Assembly (NCBI GenBank): GCA_964472075.1
Contig: CAYYIY010000001.1
Location: forward strand, 150,670-214,669
From: an uncultured bacterium
GTDB lineage: Bacteria > Muiribacteriota > Ozemobacteria > Ozemobacterales > Ozemobacteraceae
Direction: 5' to 3'
Length of the DNA stretch: 64,000 bases
Shown in pieces: positions 36,187-45,828 of this stretch. Position numbers and translations under genes: made by a program. The notes beneath the pieces were generated by a model, which did not search any database, was not told the origin of the DNA, and saw only the letters and a list, made by a program, of their open reading frames with translations. The number at the start of each line of letters is the position of its first letter. Position 1 is the first letter of the stretch.

Positions 36187-38415
36187 ATGAGTTCGTCGTT
36201 CACTCATCGATGCCGTTTCTGCCTGCTATGGCTGTGTCTCGCATGTTTCACGGGAAGCCTTCAGGCGCAGGAACTGCAGGTCTGGGCCATGGGTGCCGAG
36301 GGCAAGCTGATTCGCGAAATGGCCGACCGGTTCGAAGCCGCGAACCCCGGCGTGAAAGTTGTCACCCAATCGATCTCATGGGGGACAGCCCACGAAAAGC
36401 TGGTAACGTCGATTGTCGGAAACATGGAGCCTGATGTCTGCCAGCTCGGCACCACCTGGATGGCCGAGTTTCAGACGATGGGCGCTCTCGAACCAATCGC
36501 CCCATGGCTGGCTTCTTCGAGCATCAGAATGACCGAGTTCTTTCCGGCATCGCTCGATTCGAACCGTTTCAACGGCGAGTTTTTCGGAGTTCCGTGGTAT
36601 GTCGACACCCGCGTTTTCTTTTATCGTACCGATCTTGCATCGGCCGCAGGCTTTTCACGCTTCCCCGAAACCTGGACGGAACTGAAAACCCTGGCGCACA
36701 ACCTGAAACGACTCAAGGCCGAGCGCGGCATTCCCGGGTTCGTTTACGGCCCAGGCATTGGCGACTGGCAGATGCTGCTGATGTATTTCTGGCAATGCGG
36801 CGGCGAGATACAGCCTGAGTTATGGCCCGGCCCGATCATGGGCAACGATGTTCTGCGCGAAGCATTCGAACACATCGTGTCGTTCTACGACGAAGGGCTG
36901 TCACACCGCGAGCAGGGCGGCGAGCAGGAGCTGATCGCCGGTACGGAGTCGGGATATTACCCGATGTATGTTTCCGGCCCATGGCTGGTAAACGAACTCG
37001 AAAGCCGGCCGGGCTTGAAGGGGCGCTGGACAACCGCTCCTCTGCCGCGGCATCGGCGCGGCACCTCGTTTCTGGGTGGGTCGAATCTCGTGATGTTTCG
37101 CGGCTCAAAGCTCAAGCCACTCGCCTGGAAATTCATCGAGTTCATGAGCACCCCGGAACATCAAGCTCTGTGGTATGAGATCTCACGCGACCTGCCGGCT
37201 CGACAGACCGCATGGGATCTTCCCGCTTTGGCGGAACGTCCGCATCTCGATGCCTTTCGACGACAACTGCTCGATGCGCGCGCCCCGCCCGCCCTGCCGG
37301 AGTGGGAAGCCATGGCGGAGCGTATCTCACATCGGTATACCGAGATCATGCGCGGCGGACGCCCGATCGACGAGGGAATCGCGTTACTGCAGGAAGACTG
37401 CGCCGCCATCATCGAGCGCAGCGGGGTTCGCCCGGGCATTCGCTTTTCGTGGCCGCTGGCAATTGGTCTGATGCTGGTTCCCGCCGTTCTGGCCTTTCTT
37501 TATCTGCACACCGATCCGGCCCGACCTCCCTCTGAACGCCTGCGCTCGCGGGCCTGGCCGTTTCTTCTGCCGGCCCTGCTGCTGATTCTGGCTTTTCGTT
37601 TTCTGCCCGGCGCCGCCTGTCTGGTTACCAGCTTTACCAACTGGGACATTTACGGAATACAGGACCCCGGCCGCGTGCGCTTCATCGGCCTCGACAATTT
37701 TCTGGCTCTCGCCGAAGATCCCGCGTTCTGGTATAGCCTGCGCAATATTCTGGCGTTTGTCCTGGTCGGCGTCCCATTGAATATTGTCACGGCGCTGATC
37801 ATCGCCTTGGTTCTTGATCAACCGTGCCGGTCACTCAAAGGGGTTTCGCGAACCCTGTTCTTTCTCCCCACCGTCACCACGCTGGCTGCCGTTGCTCTCG
37901 TCTGGCAGCGTATCTACGCCGTTGAAGGCGGATTGTTGAACCAACTCTGCCTGTGGGTCGGGCTTCCGGTCGTCAACTGGTTGAACCATTCGTGGTTGGC
38001 CCTGCCGGCACTGATCACCATGACTGTCTGGAAAGGCTTCGGCCTGAATGCCGCGGTCTTTCTCGCCGCGCTGCAGAACGTGCCGGAAGAATTGTACGAG
38101 CAGGTCGAGATCGACGGCGGCAACTGGTGGCACAAGATACGTCACGTAACCCTGCCGTTTTTACGGGGCAGCATGGTGTTTGTCTTCGTCACGACGACGG
38201 TGGGAACCTTTCACGTGTTTACCGAACCTTACATGATGACGGGCGGCGGCCCGCTTTACGCAACGTTGACGCCGGTACTTCACTTGTACCAGAATGGGTT
38301 TCAGTTTTTCCGACTCGGGTATGCGTCGGCAATCACCTGTACTCTGAGCGTTGGGGTTATCGCGTTCAATCTGCTGCAGCAGGCCATGCGACGCCGTTGG
38401 GGAGGCACGCCTTGA
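36187..38415 (+). CDS. Fused ABC transporter: family-1 extracellular solute-binding protein joined in-frame to a MalF/UgpA-type permease
   Basis: The N-terminal ~430 aa carry a signal peptide and a sugar-binding-protein fold. The C-terminal ~300 aa contain six TM helices and the EAA loop EELYEQVEIDGGNWWHKIRHVTLP. There is no stop between the two parts. Confidence 0.7.
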   Translation: MSSSFTHRCRFCLLWLCLACFTGSLQAQELQVWAMGAEGKLIREMADRFEAANPGVKVVTQSISWGTAHEKLVTSIVGNMEPDVCQLGTTWMAEFQTMGALEPIAPWLASSSIRMTEFFPASLDSNRFNGEFFGVPWYVDTRVFFYRTDLASAAGFSRFPETWTELKTLAHNLKRLKAERGIPGFVYGPGIGDWQMLLMYFWQCGGEIQPELWPGPIMGNDVLREAFEHIVSFYDEGLSHREQGGEQELIAGTESGYYPMYVSGPWLVNELESRPGLKGRWTTAPLPRHRRGTSFLGGSNLVMFRGSKLKPLAWKFIEFMSTPEHQALWYEISRDLPARQTAWDLPALAERPHLDAFRRQLLDARAPPALPEWEAMAERISHRYTEIMRGGRPIDEGIALLQEDCAAIIERSGVRPGIRFSWPLAIGLMLVPAVLAFLYLHTDPARPPSERLRSRAWPFLLPALLLILAFRFLPGAACLVTSFTNWDIYGIQDPGRVRFIGLDNFLALAEDPAFWYSLRNILAFVLVGVPLNIVTALIIALVLDQPCRSLKGVSRTLFFLPTVTTLAAVALVWQRIYAVEGGLLNQLCLWVGLPVVNWLNHSWLALPALITMTVWKGFGLNAAVFLAALQNVPEELYEQVEIDGGNWWHKIRHVTLPFLRGSMVFVFVTTTVGTFHVFTEPYMMTGGGPLYATLTPVLHLYQNGFQFFRLGYASAITCTLSVGVIAFNLLQQAMRRRWGGTP

Positions 38416-39215
38416 CGACATCGGGACGCGCCGTCGCACCTCTGCACACCGCCGGCTGGCTGGTGTTTCTCGCGTTCAGCCTGCTCGTCACGCTGCTGCC
38501 CTTTCTGTGGATGTTTTATCATTCCTGCAGCGAGATCCAGGCAGGGTTTTCGGTCGATGCGTACCGGCGACTGTTTGCTCAAGCGACGATTCCGAGGCAT
38601 TTTGCGAACAGCATCATCTATGCCGGCGGGCTGACCGCACTTTCGCTGATTTTCAACACGCTGGCCGGGTTCGCCTTCGCCTGCCTGCAGTTTCCGCGTC
38701 GCGAGCGGCTGTTCACGCTGCTGTTGATGACCATGATGATCCCGAGTCAGATCACGCTGGTGCCGATGTTTCTGTTTCTCAAGTTTTTCGGCATGCTCAA
38801 CAGCTTTTCGGGGTTGATTATTCCAGGGTCGGCGCATGTCTTCGGCATCTTCATGGTGCGACAGTTCCTGCGCGACCTGCCGGAAGAAGTCTTCGAGGCC
38901 GCCCGCATCGACGGCTGCAGCGAGTGGCATCTGTTTCGACACATCGTGCTGCCGCTCAGTCGCCCGATTCTCGCCACTCTGGCGGTTATCAGCTTCATCG
39001 GTGCCTGGAACGAGTTTCTCTGGCCGCTCATTGTCATGCAGAAACAGGAAATGTACCCGTTACCCGTAGCCTTGACGATGTTAAACAGCCAGTATTACGA
39101 CGACATGGGCCTGATGATGGCCGGCGCCGTCGTCACCATGGTTCCCGCCCTGCTGGTCTTCGCCTTCGCCCAACGCCACTACATCAAAGGCCTCACCCGC
39201 GGCGCCGGAAAATAG
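38412..39215 (+). CDS. ABC sugar permease (MalG/UgpE-type)
   Basis: TTG start overlaps the upstream stop, with GGAGG 6 nt upstream. EAA loop EEVFEAARIDGCSEWHLFRHIVLP. Length is 268 aa. Confidence 0.75.
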   Translation: MTTSGRAVAPLHTAGWLVFLAFSLLVTLLPFLWMFYHSCSEIQAGFSVDAYRRLFAQATIPRHFANSIIYAGGLTALSLIFNTLAGFAFACLQFPRRERLFTLLLMTMMIPSQITLVPMFLFLKFFGMLNSFSGLIIPGSAHVFGIFMVRQFLRDLPEEVFEAARIDGCSEWHLFRHIVLPLSRPILATLAVISFIGAWNEFLWPLIVMQKQEMYPLPVALTMLNSQYYDDMGLMMAGAVVTMVPALLVFAFAQRHYIKGLTRGAGK

Positions 39216-39243
39216 AATACGTTCATTCCTGTAATCAAGGGCG

Positions 39244-39302
39244 ACAAATCTAAACCCAAACTTTAGATTTCGGCTACAAATCTAAAGGTCCACTTTAGAT
39301 TT
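39244..39302. repeat. Two tandem copies of a perfect AT-rich palindrome ACAAATCTAAA-N7-TTTAGATTT
   Basis: 39246-39254 pairs with 39262-39270, and 39278-39286 pairs with 39294-39302. The copies are 32 bp apart, in the AT-rich spacer between the ABC permease stop and the 5'-nucleotidase start. Confidence 0.8.
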
Positions 39303-39393
39303 TCGGTATTTCTTTGCCCATTCGCCGTTTTGGTTTTTGTTGCGAGGGCGACGGTGGGCGCGTAAACTGCGGGGGAGGAGCAGATCGAGACGT

Positions 39394-41094
39394 ATGCGTA
39401 TTCGAAATAGCCTGATCGACGTTCATGAAGCGAACTGTCGCAACGAGCATGACTCGAGCGATGACGGAACGCGCGTCGGCCGAGTGACGAAAGCACCGCG
39501 GCACCCGAAATACGGTCATTTCAAACCACTTCTGCTGACGGTCGTGTTTCTGGTGCTGGCAACGGCCTGGAGCACAGCCGGCGAGTCCCTGCGCACGCTG
39601 ACGATTCTGCATACCAACGATGTCCATTCGCACCTTCTGCCGTTCGATCAGGTCGATTACGGCAAGAATGTCGGCGGTGCCGCGCGGCTGTATGAACTGG
39701 TGAAAAAGATCGCCTCGGAAACCCCGAACTGCCTGCTTCTCGATGGCGGCGACCTGTTTCAAGGCACACCGTTCTATTCTTCGTTTTTCGGTGAAGTGGA
39801 AACCCAGGTCGCGGATCTGATCGGCTACACCGCCACCGTTCTCGGCAACCACGATCTCGATGACGGCCTGGCCAATGTGCGCAAACAGTATGCATCCTCT
39901 TCCGTTCAGCTGCTCTGCGCGAACGTTTTTGACGAAAGTACCGGTTCGCCGACGTTCACCCCATGGCTGATTGCCGATCGAGGCGATATCAAAATCGGCG
40001 TCATCGGCGCTATCGGTTCGGAAGCCTGGAGCGTCATCTCGCGCAAACGACAGCGGGGCATGGTTTTTCAGGACCACGAGCCGATCGTTGCCAGCATTGC
40101 CGCATTTCTGCGCCCACAGGTCGACCTGGTCGTCTTTCTTTCTCATGCGGGCTACGACTCCGATCTCGTCTATGCGGCGCAATCTCCCGACATCGATATC
40201 ATCGTCGGGGGTCACACGAACAACCTCACGCCGCAACCGGTTCTCGTAAAACACCTGCCAAGAGCAGACGCGAAGCAGAGCCGGAACGGCCTCAACGGCA
40301 CCATTGTCGTGCAGGCCTTCAAGTGGGGGGTGTTTCTCGGTCGACTCGATCTGATCCTGCGGCCCGATGACACCATCGCCACGTATTCCGGTCACCTGTC
40401 GAAGATCGATGCTTCCATTCCCGTTTCAGACATCAACCCGGTTGCCCGGCTCGTCGATTCATACCACGAGCGCATCAAAGCCATGACCAGCCAGCTGATC
40501 GGTCACTGCAGCACTGACATGCTCTACCCTGACGAGGAAAAGCACCTGAAAGTCTTTCCGATCGGTGTGTGGGCTTGCGAGGCCATGCGCGAGTTCGTCG
40601 GAGCCGATTTCGGCATCATCAACTCGGGAACGATCCGCGACGGCATCGCTTCCGGGCCGGTCACCATGGGAACGCTGCTCAGCGTTCTGCCCTTCGACAA
40701 TACGATCGTGACCTACCGCATGAAGGGTCGTGATATCGAAGCCATGCTTTCATACATCGCCGCCAATCATGGCAGAATCACCGGCTATCAGTATGCCGGT
40801 CTCGGGTTCACCGCCATCGTCGGGTCGGGCACCGTGCAGGGGCTGACGATTGGGGGCTTACCGGTCGACCCCGAGCGCATGTATCATGCCGCCACCATTT
40901 CGTATCTCGCTGACGGAAATCAAAACGGCCTCATCCTTTTCAAGAACGCCGTCGATCGCCACGACACCGGTTTTCTGATGCGCGATGTGGCTATTGAACG
41001 GCTTCGCAAGTCACCGCAACTAGTACCACCGTCAGCCGACGGAATCCGTTTCGTCACCACCAACACCGCCGGCCAGACAACCGGTACGCATTGA
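39394..41094 (+). CDS. Bifunctional metallophosphatase / 5'-nucleotidase (UshA family), secreted
   Basis: LTILHTNDVHSHL, GGDLFQG and GNHDLDDG calcineurin-like motifs, plus a C-terminal 5'-nucleotidase substrate domain. GGGAGGAG lies upstream of the chosen ATG. Confidence 0.8.
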   Translation: MRIRNSLIDVHEANCRNEHDSSDDGTRVGRVTKAPRHPKYGHFKPLLLTVVFLVLATAWSTAGESLRTLTILHTNDVHSHLLPFDQVDYGKNVGGAARLYELVKKIASETPNCLLLDGGDLFQGTPFYSSFFGEVETQVADLIGYTATVLGNHDLDDGLANVRKQYASSSVQLLCANVFDESTGSPTFTPWLIADRGDIKIGVIGAIGSEAWSVISRKRQRGMVFQDHEPIVASIAAFLRPQVDLVVFLSHAGYDSDLVYAAQSPDIDIIVGGHTNNLTPQPVLVKHLPRADAKQSRNGLNGTIVVQAFKWGVFLGRLDLILRPDDTIATYSGHLSKIDASIPVSDINPVARLVDSYHERIKAMTSQLIGHCSTDMLYPDEEKHLKVFPIGVWACEAMREFVGADFGIINSGTIRDGIASGPVTMGTLLSVLPFDNTIVTYRMKGRDIEAMLSYIAANHGRITGYQYAGLGFTAIVGSGTVQGLTIGGLPVDPERMYHAATISYLADGNQNGLILFKNAVDRHDTGFLMRDVAIERLRKSPQLVPPSADGIRFVTTNTAGQTTGTH

Positions 41095-41188
41095 TTTTTT
41101 CCGAGACGACGAATTCTTCGACGATTGTGCCCTGATCGTGGTAGAATAAGGTCGTTGTGATGTCGAGACGGTCTTCGGAGGTATCCTC

Positions 41189-41455
41189 ATGAATCGCCTT
41201 TCTTCTGTTCTGGTTGTCGGCTTGATCGCCGGCGGGCTGCTGGGGTGTTCTCTGCAGAAAGAGGACCAGATAGCCAAGGGCTTTCAGTCGAAAGACCCGA
41301 AAATTCGCATGGAAACCGCCGAGCAGCTCGCAGAGTGCGGCAACCCGCGTGCGTTGCAGCTGCTGGAACTGCAACGCGACGATCCGGACTTTCAGGTGCG
41401 CGACAAAGTGCGCGAAGCGATCGCAAAAATCAACAAACAGACATTCATGAAGTAA
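41189..41455 (+). CDS. Small lipoprotein with HEAT/PBS-lyase-like repeats
   Basis: Lipobox LLGCS, then ...DPKIRMETAEQLAECGNPRALQLLE...DPDFQVRDKVREAI. GGAGGT RBS. Confidence 0.5.
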   Translation: MNRLSSVLVVGLIAGGLLGCSLQKEDQIAKGFQSKDPKIRMETAEQLAECGNPRALQLLELQRDDPDFQVRDKVREAIAKINKQTFMK

Positions 41456-41479
41456 ACGCCGGCGACGATCGTCATCGTC

Positions 41480-41758
41480 CTAGCGTCTGACCGTGAAGTT
41501 TCTCGATGAGAGCTTTTCACAGCTATCATCAAGCAGAATCTGCATGTCATCCACCCGCGAAAAGCGAGGGCCGCGGCGCAGCTCCTCGAGAAATTCCGTT
41601 ATCAACGACTCGGGTCCTTCCGCATACGCCTGCACGGAACCATCATCGAGATTTTCCACCCAGCCGACCAGGCCGCGCTGCTCAGCCTGACGCACGGTAA
41701 AGTAGCGAAAGCCCACGCCCTGCACCATTCCACGCACGATAACTTGTACTTTTCTCAT
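41480..41758 (-). CDS. acyP: Acylphosphatase
   Basis: VRGMVQGVGFRYFT...GWVENLDDGSVQAYAEG matches acylphosphatase signatures. Length is 92 aa. Confidence 0.85.
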   Translation of the reverse strand: MRKVQVIVRGMVQGVGFRYFTVRQAEQRGLVGWVENLDDGSVQAYAEGPESLITEFLEELRRGPRFSRVDDMQILLDDSCEKLSSRNFTVRR

Positions 41759-41792
41759 ACATCCTCACTTCTCGTTCACGCGATCTCTCAAC

Positions 41793-42530
41793 CTAGAGAC
41801 GCCGAACACGATACTCAGCGAACATCGCGCATGCCGCCGTCAGCCGCGAGGCATGACGTTCTGCCCGCATCAGGGGTTCAAACCATGACGGCGGCAGAAA
41901 CTCTCGATGCGAGAATCCGCCGGAACACGCATACGAAAGCGGCATCAATCGTTCCACCCGTTCGACACGCAGCGCCGGAAACTCAGCCTGCAGAAGCGTT
42001 CGGTCGCGGTGAAACAGCAGATAAGCCAACGCTCCGTTCGCCCCCGAAAGCGGTCCGGTAGAGGCAAACTCCCATCTCCGCGTATGCGGACGAAACGGCT
42101 CGTGGTGCAAAAAAGAGTAAATGAACCTTGACCAGAGCGAGTTCCAGGGTTCGATCAGGTGTAACACTCCACCCGGTCTCAGGCAGCGAACGACTTCACG
42201 CAGGAATACGCGCGGCCGCGAGAGATGATGCAGCACGTTCAAACCGACGATCGCCTTGAGCGAGCCGGTCTGAAACGGCAACCCCTGGGTCGCGTGCAGA
42301 CGAACGTCGATCGAGTCGAGATCAAGCAGATCGGATCTCACCACGTCAGGCAGCAGCTCCTCAAGAAACCCGCCACCCGAGCCGACTTCGAGCACCGCCC
42401 CCGCGCCTTCCGGTATGCCGGTGAGCAAACGCCGATACCAGTCCGTGTAGATGCTCTTCAGCACCGGTCGCTGCCGAAACAGCATGCGGCGCAGGCGGGT
42501 CACGGAGGGTTGATCAAGTTCGCGGCACAT
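41793..42530 (-). CDS. Class I SAM-dependent methyltransferase
   Basis: VLEVGSGGGFL ... VGLNVLHHL ... LRPGGVL motifs. Start was placed at an internal ATG to avoid overlap with divergent wzm. Confidence 0.65.
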   Translation of the reverse strand: MCRELDQPSVTRLRRMLFRQRPVLKSIYTDWYRRLLTGIPEGAGAVLEVGSGGGFLEELLPDVVRSDLLDLDSIDVRLHATQGLPFQTGSLKAIVGLNVLHHLSRPRVFLREVVRCLRPGGVLHLIEPWNSLWSRFIYSFLHHEPFRPHTRRWEFASTGPLSGANGALAYLLFHRDRTLLQAEFPALRVERVERLMPLSYACSGGFSHREFLPPSWFEPLMRAERHASRLTAACAMFAEYRVRRL

Positions 42531-42605
42531 ACCGATACTATACCATCGGTCGCCAATCGATCGCTCGGCATTGCAGCCGCAGGCAGGCTGCCATACAATA
42601 CGCGC

Positions 42606-43394
42606 ATGTTCACCCCGTTGCTGCAGCACCGACACCTCACCTGGGAACTGGCCAAGCGAGAGTTTCAAGATCGCTTTATCGGTCACATTCTCGGCTGGGT
42701 CTGGGTTGTGCTGCAGCCAGTGTTGTTCATGAGCATACAGATTTTCGTGTTTGCCTGTATCTTTCGCGTTTCACTTGCCGCTTATCCGCATCTTCCCTAT
42801 ACCTATGCCACCTATGTTCTCGCCGGCATGATTCCCTGGTATTACACCCAGGAACTGCTGATGAAATCCTGTCAGGCCGTCTCGAGCCAGGCCGGCCTCG
42901 TCAAGCAGGTGGTGTTTCCGATCGAGGTGCTACCGCTGAAAACCGTGGTCGCCACTTTACTGCCACAGCTCATCGCCATCGGTCTCTTCATGCTGTATAC
43001 CCTGGTGACCTTCGGCGCTCTTTCCTGGACTTATCTGCTGCTGCCTCCGACCGTGCTTCTTCAGAGCCTCTTTCTGTCGGGAATCGCGTGCCTGCTTTCC
43101 GCGATCGGCGTATATGTTCGCGATATACGTGACATCATCCAATCGATGCTGATGGCGGCTCTCTATCTGCTTCCCGTTTTTTATCTTCCCGACATGGTTC
43201 CCGGCATTTTTCGCTACGTTCTCTGGCTCAACCCGTTCAGCTATATGGTCTGGGTGTATCAGGACATCCTGTATTTCGGCTCAATCGCACACCCCGAGGC
43301 ATGGCTGGTGTTCATCATCGAATCTTTCGTCTCGTTCGCCGTTGGTTCCCGGGTGTTTCACAAACTGAAAATCATGTTCGGCAGCCATCTGTAA
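42606..43394 (+). CDS. ABC-2 type polysaccharide export permease (Wzm/TagG-like)
   Basis: Six TM helices and an ABC-2 family pattern. Start is at MFTPLLQHRHL. Confidence 0.8.
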   Translation: MFTPLLQHRHLTWELAKREFQDRFIGHILGWVWVVLQPVLFMSIQIFVFACIFRVSLAAYPHLPYTYATYVLAGMIPWYYTQELLMKSCQAVSSQAGLVKQVVFPIEVLPLKTVVATLLPQLIAIGLFMLYTLVTFGALSWTYLLLPPTVLLQSLFLSGIACLLSAIGVYVRDIRDIIQSMLMAALYLLPVFYLPDMVPGIFRYVLWLNPFSYMVWVYQDILYFGSIAHPEAWLVFIIESFVSFAVGSRVFHKLKIMFGSHL

Positions 43395-44791
43395 TGAGCA
43401 CCGTTCCCATACAGGTTTCCAGCCTCGGAAAGCAGTATCGTCTGTACGAGCATCCATGGGAAATGCTCTCGGAACTGTTGTTCGGCAAAGGCAACGCCCG
43501 CGATTTCTGGGCCTTGCGCGATGTCACTTTTGAGGTACAAGCCGGCGAGGTTTTCGGTATTATCGGTCGCAATGGCGCAGGCAAGAGCACACTTCTGCGT
43601 ATTCTCGCCGGTACTCTCGACCGAACCACCGGAGAGGTCAACGTGTCCGGAAGAGTTTCGGCCATTCTCGAACTGGGCACCGGGTTCCAACCAGACTACA
43701 CCGGGCGTGACAATATTCGCATCGGCGGAATGTGCCTCGGCATGAGTCGCCGAGAGGTTGACGACAAACTTGAATCGATCATCGAGTTCAGTGAATTGCG
43801 TGAATTCATCGATCAACCGTTCCGCACCTATTCTTCCGGCATGCAGGCGCGCCTGACGTTTGCCACGGCCATCAGCGTCATTCCGGACATTCTCATCATC
43901 GACGAAGCGCTCTCTGTCGGAGATGCGCGATTCGCCCGCAAATGTTATGAACACCTCCAGGAGCTGAAGCGACAGAAACGCACGATCCTGATGGTCAGTC
44001 ATGACATGAACTCAATCAACACCTTCTGTGATCGCGCCCTGTTGCTCGAACAGGGAAGAGTGCTCGCCATCGGCGACCCGCGCGATGTCACACACCAGTA
44101 TTACGGCCTGCTCTTCGGCCCGGAATCGTCTGAGACATCTGCGCAAGCGACTCCCACTGTCGACCCGTTACCCGTGTCCTTAACTCACGACGTATCCGAC
44201 CCTCCCGTCGAAGCGCTTCGACCCGGAATACACCAGTCTTCTCGCTGGCTTCCCGAAAATATCCGCACACCAGAGAACTCGGACGAATGGATCGCCGCGG
44301 CGCGACGGCATCTTCAGCTCGAAGCGCGAGCACTGCCCGCTCGTGGATTCGTCGTCGGCGGTGGAGAGGTGCATATTCTCGATGCCGGGGTTCTCGACCT
44401 GCAGGGACAACTCCTTCATTCGCTTCATTCCGGCCAGGATTGTCTGCTCTATTTTCGCGCCATCTTTCTTCAGACTCTGCCGAGAGTCAATGCCGGAATT
44501 GTCCTGCGCAGCACTCGCGGCGTTGATCTGTTCGGCGTGACGAACGAGACGATGGGTTGGGACATTCACGATGTTCCGGAAGGCGCCATCGTCGAGTGCC
44601 GCGCCCGGGTTCGCATGTGGCTGACCAACGGAACCTACTTTCTGACCGTCGGGATCAGTCGCGCTCCCGGGCCGCAATGTGAACTGATCTATGACGCGTA
44701 TGCTTTTGATGTTCTGCCAACCCCCGGCATCTTCACGACATCACTTGTCGACCTGTGCGCACAGTTCGAGGTTGAGGTGCATCGACCATGA
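43394..44791 (+). CDS. ABC transporter ATPase with C-terminal extension (Wzt-like)
   Basis: Walker A GRNGAGKST, signature YSSGMQARL, Walker B ILIIDEALSVGD. A ~200-aa C-terminal domain beyond the NBD resembles O-antigen-terminus-binding Wzt proteins. The ATG overlaps the wzm stop. Confidence 0.8.
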   Translation: MSTVPIQVSSLGKQYRLYEHPWEMLSELLFGKGNARDFWALRDVTFEVQAGEVFGIIGRNGAGKSTLLRILAGTLDRTTGEVNVSGRVSAILELGTGFQPDYTGRDNIRIGGMCLGMSRREVDDKLESIIEFSELREFIDQPFRTYSSGMQARLTFATAISVIPDILIIDEALSVGDARFARKCYEHLQELKRQKRTILMVSHDMNSINTFCDRALLLEQGRVLAIGDPRDVTHQYYGLLFGPESSETSAQATPTVDPLPVSLTHDVSDPPVEALRPGIHQSSRWLPENIRTPENSDEWIAAARRHLQLEARALPARGFVVGGGEVHILDAGVLDLQGQLLHSLHSGQDCLLYFRAIFLQTLPRVNAGIVLRSTRGVDLFGVTNETMGWDIHDVPEGAIVECRARVRMWLTNGTYFLTVGISRAPGPQCELIYDAYAFDVLPTPGIFTTSLVDLCAQFEVEVHRP

Positions 44792-45828
44792 CCGCCTTGC
44801 CTTTCAACGGCGTGTCCGAGTCACGCAACCGAGCGGAACGGATGTTCGAGTCGGTTCCCTGCCCGTTATGCGGCCGGTCAGAAGCGCGACGATTGTTCCG
44901 CCGCCCTGATCACACCTATGAAATGTCCGAGTTTTCCTTTCCCGTAGTGCGCTGCCGATCCTGTTCGATGGTGTATGTGAATCCACGGCCGAAACCGGGA
45001 TATCTCTCTCTGTTCTATCCCAGGGAATTTTTCGGCGTGCAACGGCATCCGCGCGATGTTCTTATCGATCAGTCCGAGTCCATGCAACAGAAATGGCAGT
45101 TGCTGAAGGATCTTCCGCCGGGACGCATTCTTGATATCGGATGTCAGAAGGGGGAGTTTCTCTATTTCATGCAGTGTCGCGGCTGGCGGGGGCAAGGCAT
45201 CGAAATCTCCCCACTGTCGCCCAATCTGTTCAGGCAGGATATTCACTACGGACCTCTCGCTACGGCACCGCTGGAAACCGGGTCCTTCGACGCCGTCACG
45301 TTGTGGGCCGTTCTCGAGCATCTTCTCGAACCTCAGGAAATGCTGCAACGAATTCAACCCCTGCTGAAGCCGAACGGGCGTCTGATTGTCCTGGTCACCA
45401 ACATCTGTAGTTTGCCCGGGCGCTGGATGCGCCACGACGATATTCCGAGGCATCTGTTGCTTTTCTCCCCCCAGACGCTGAAATCCATGCTCGAACGATG
45501 CGGGTGGCAGGTGCAGCGGGTCCACTGCAACCACGTGTTGTTCGGCGGCCGGCATCGCGGCCTGTTCACGTATCTGCTCAAGTGGCTGGCCGGGGAATCC
45601 TTCGCGGACATCGTCGCCCAGAATCGAACCCCTGAGCGCTGGCTCGAGTTCACCACCCTCTTGCACGGCAAACCTTCGCGTCTGGTCGAGTGGGTGGAAT
45701 CCTGGGACAAGAAGCTCACCCCATGGCTGGACCAGCTGATGGACCGCCTCGGCTTCGGCTTCACGCTGATTGCCACCGCGACACCCCAATCGACAGAACG
45801 AATGATCTGTCACGGGAGAATTCGCTGA
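44788..45828 (+). CDS. Class I SAM-dependent methyltransferase with N-terminal CxxC...CxxC zinc ribbon
   Basis: CPLCG...CRSC, then RILDIGCQKGEFL ... TLWAVLEHL ... KPNGRLIV. Overlaps wzt by 4 nt. Confidence 0.7.
   Translation: MTALPFNGVSESRNRAERMFESVPCPLCGRSEARRLFRRPDHTYEMSEFSFPVVRCRSCSMVYVNPRPKPGYLSLFYPREFFGVQRHPRDVLIDQSESMQQKWQLLKDLPPGRILDIGCQKGEFLYFMQCRGWRGQGIEISPLSPNLFRQDIHYGPLATAPLETGSFDAVTLWAVLEHLLEPQEMLQRIQPLLKPNGRLIVLVTNICSLPGRWMRHDDIPRHLLLFSPQTLKSMLERCGWQVQRVHCNHVLFGGRHRGLFTYLLKWLAGESFADIVAQNRTPERWLEFTTLLHGKPSRLVEWVESWDKKLTPWLDQLMDRLGFGFTLIATATPQSTERMICHGRIR

Noticed and set aside
41094-41189. EcoRI-containing near-palindrome CGACGAATTCTTCGACG after the 5'-nucleotidase gene as a terminator
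   Set aside because: The arms are not truly complementary (one mismatch, short stem) and there is no U-tract.
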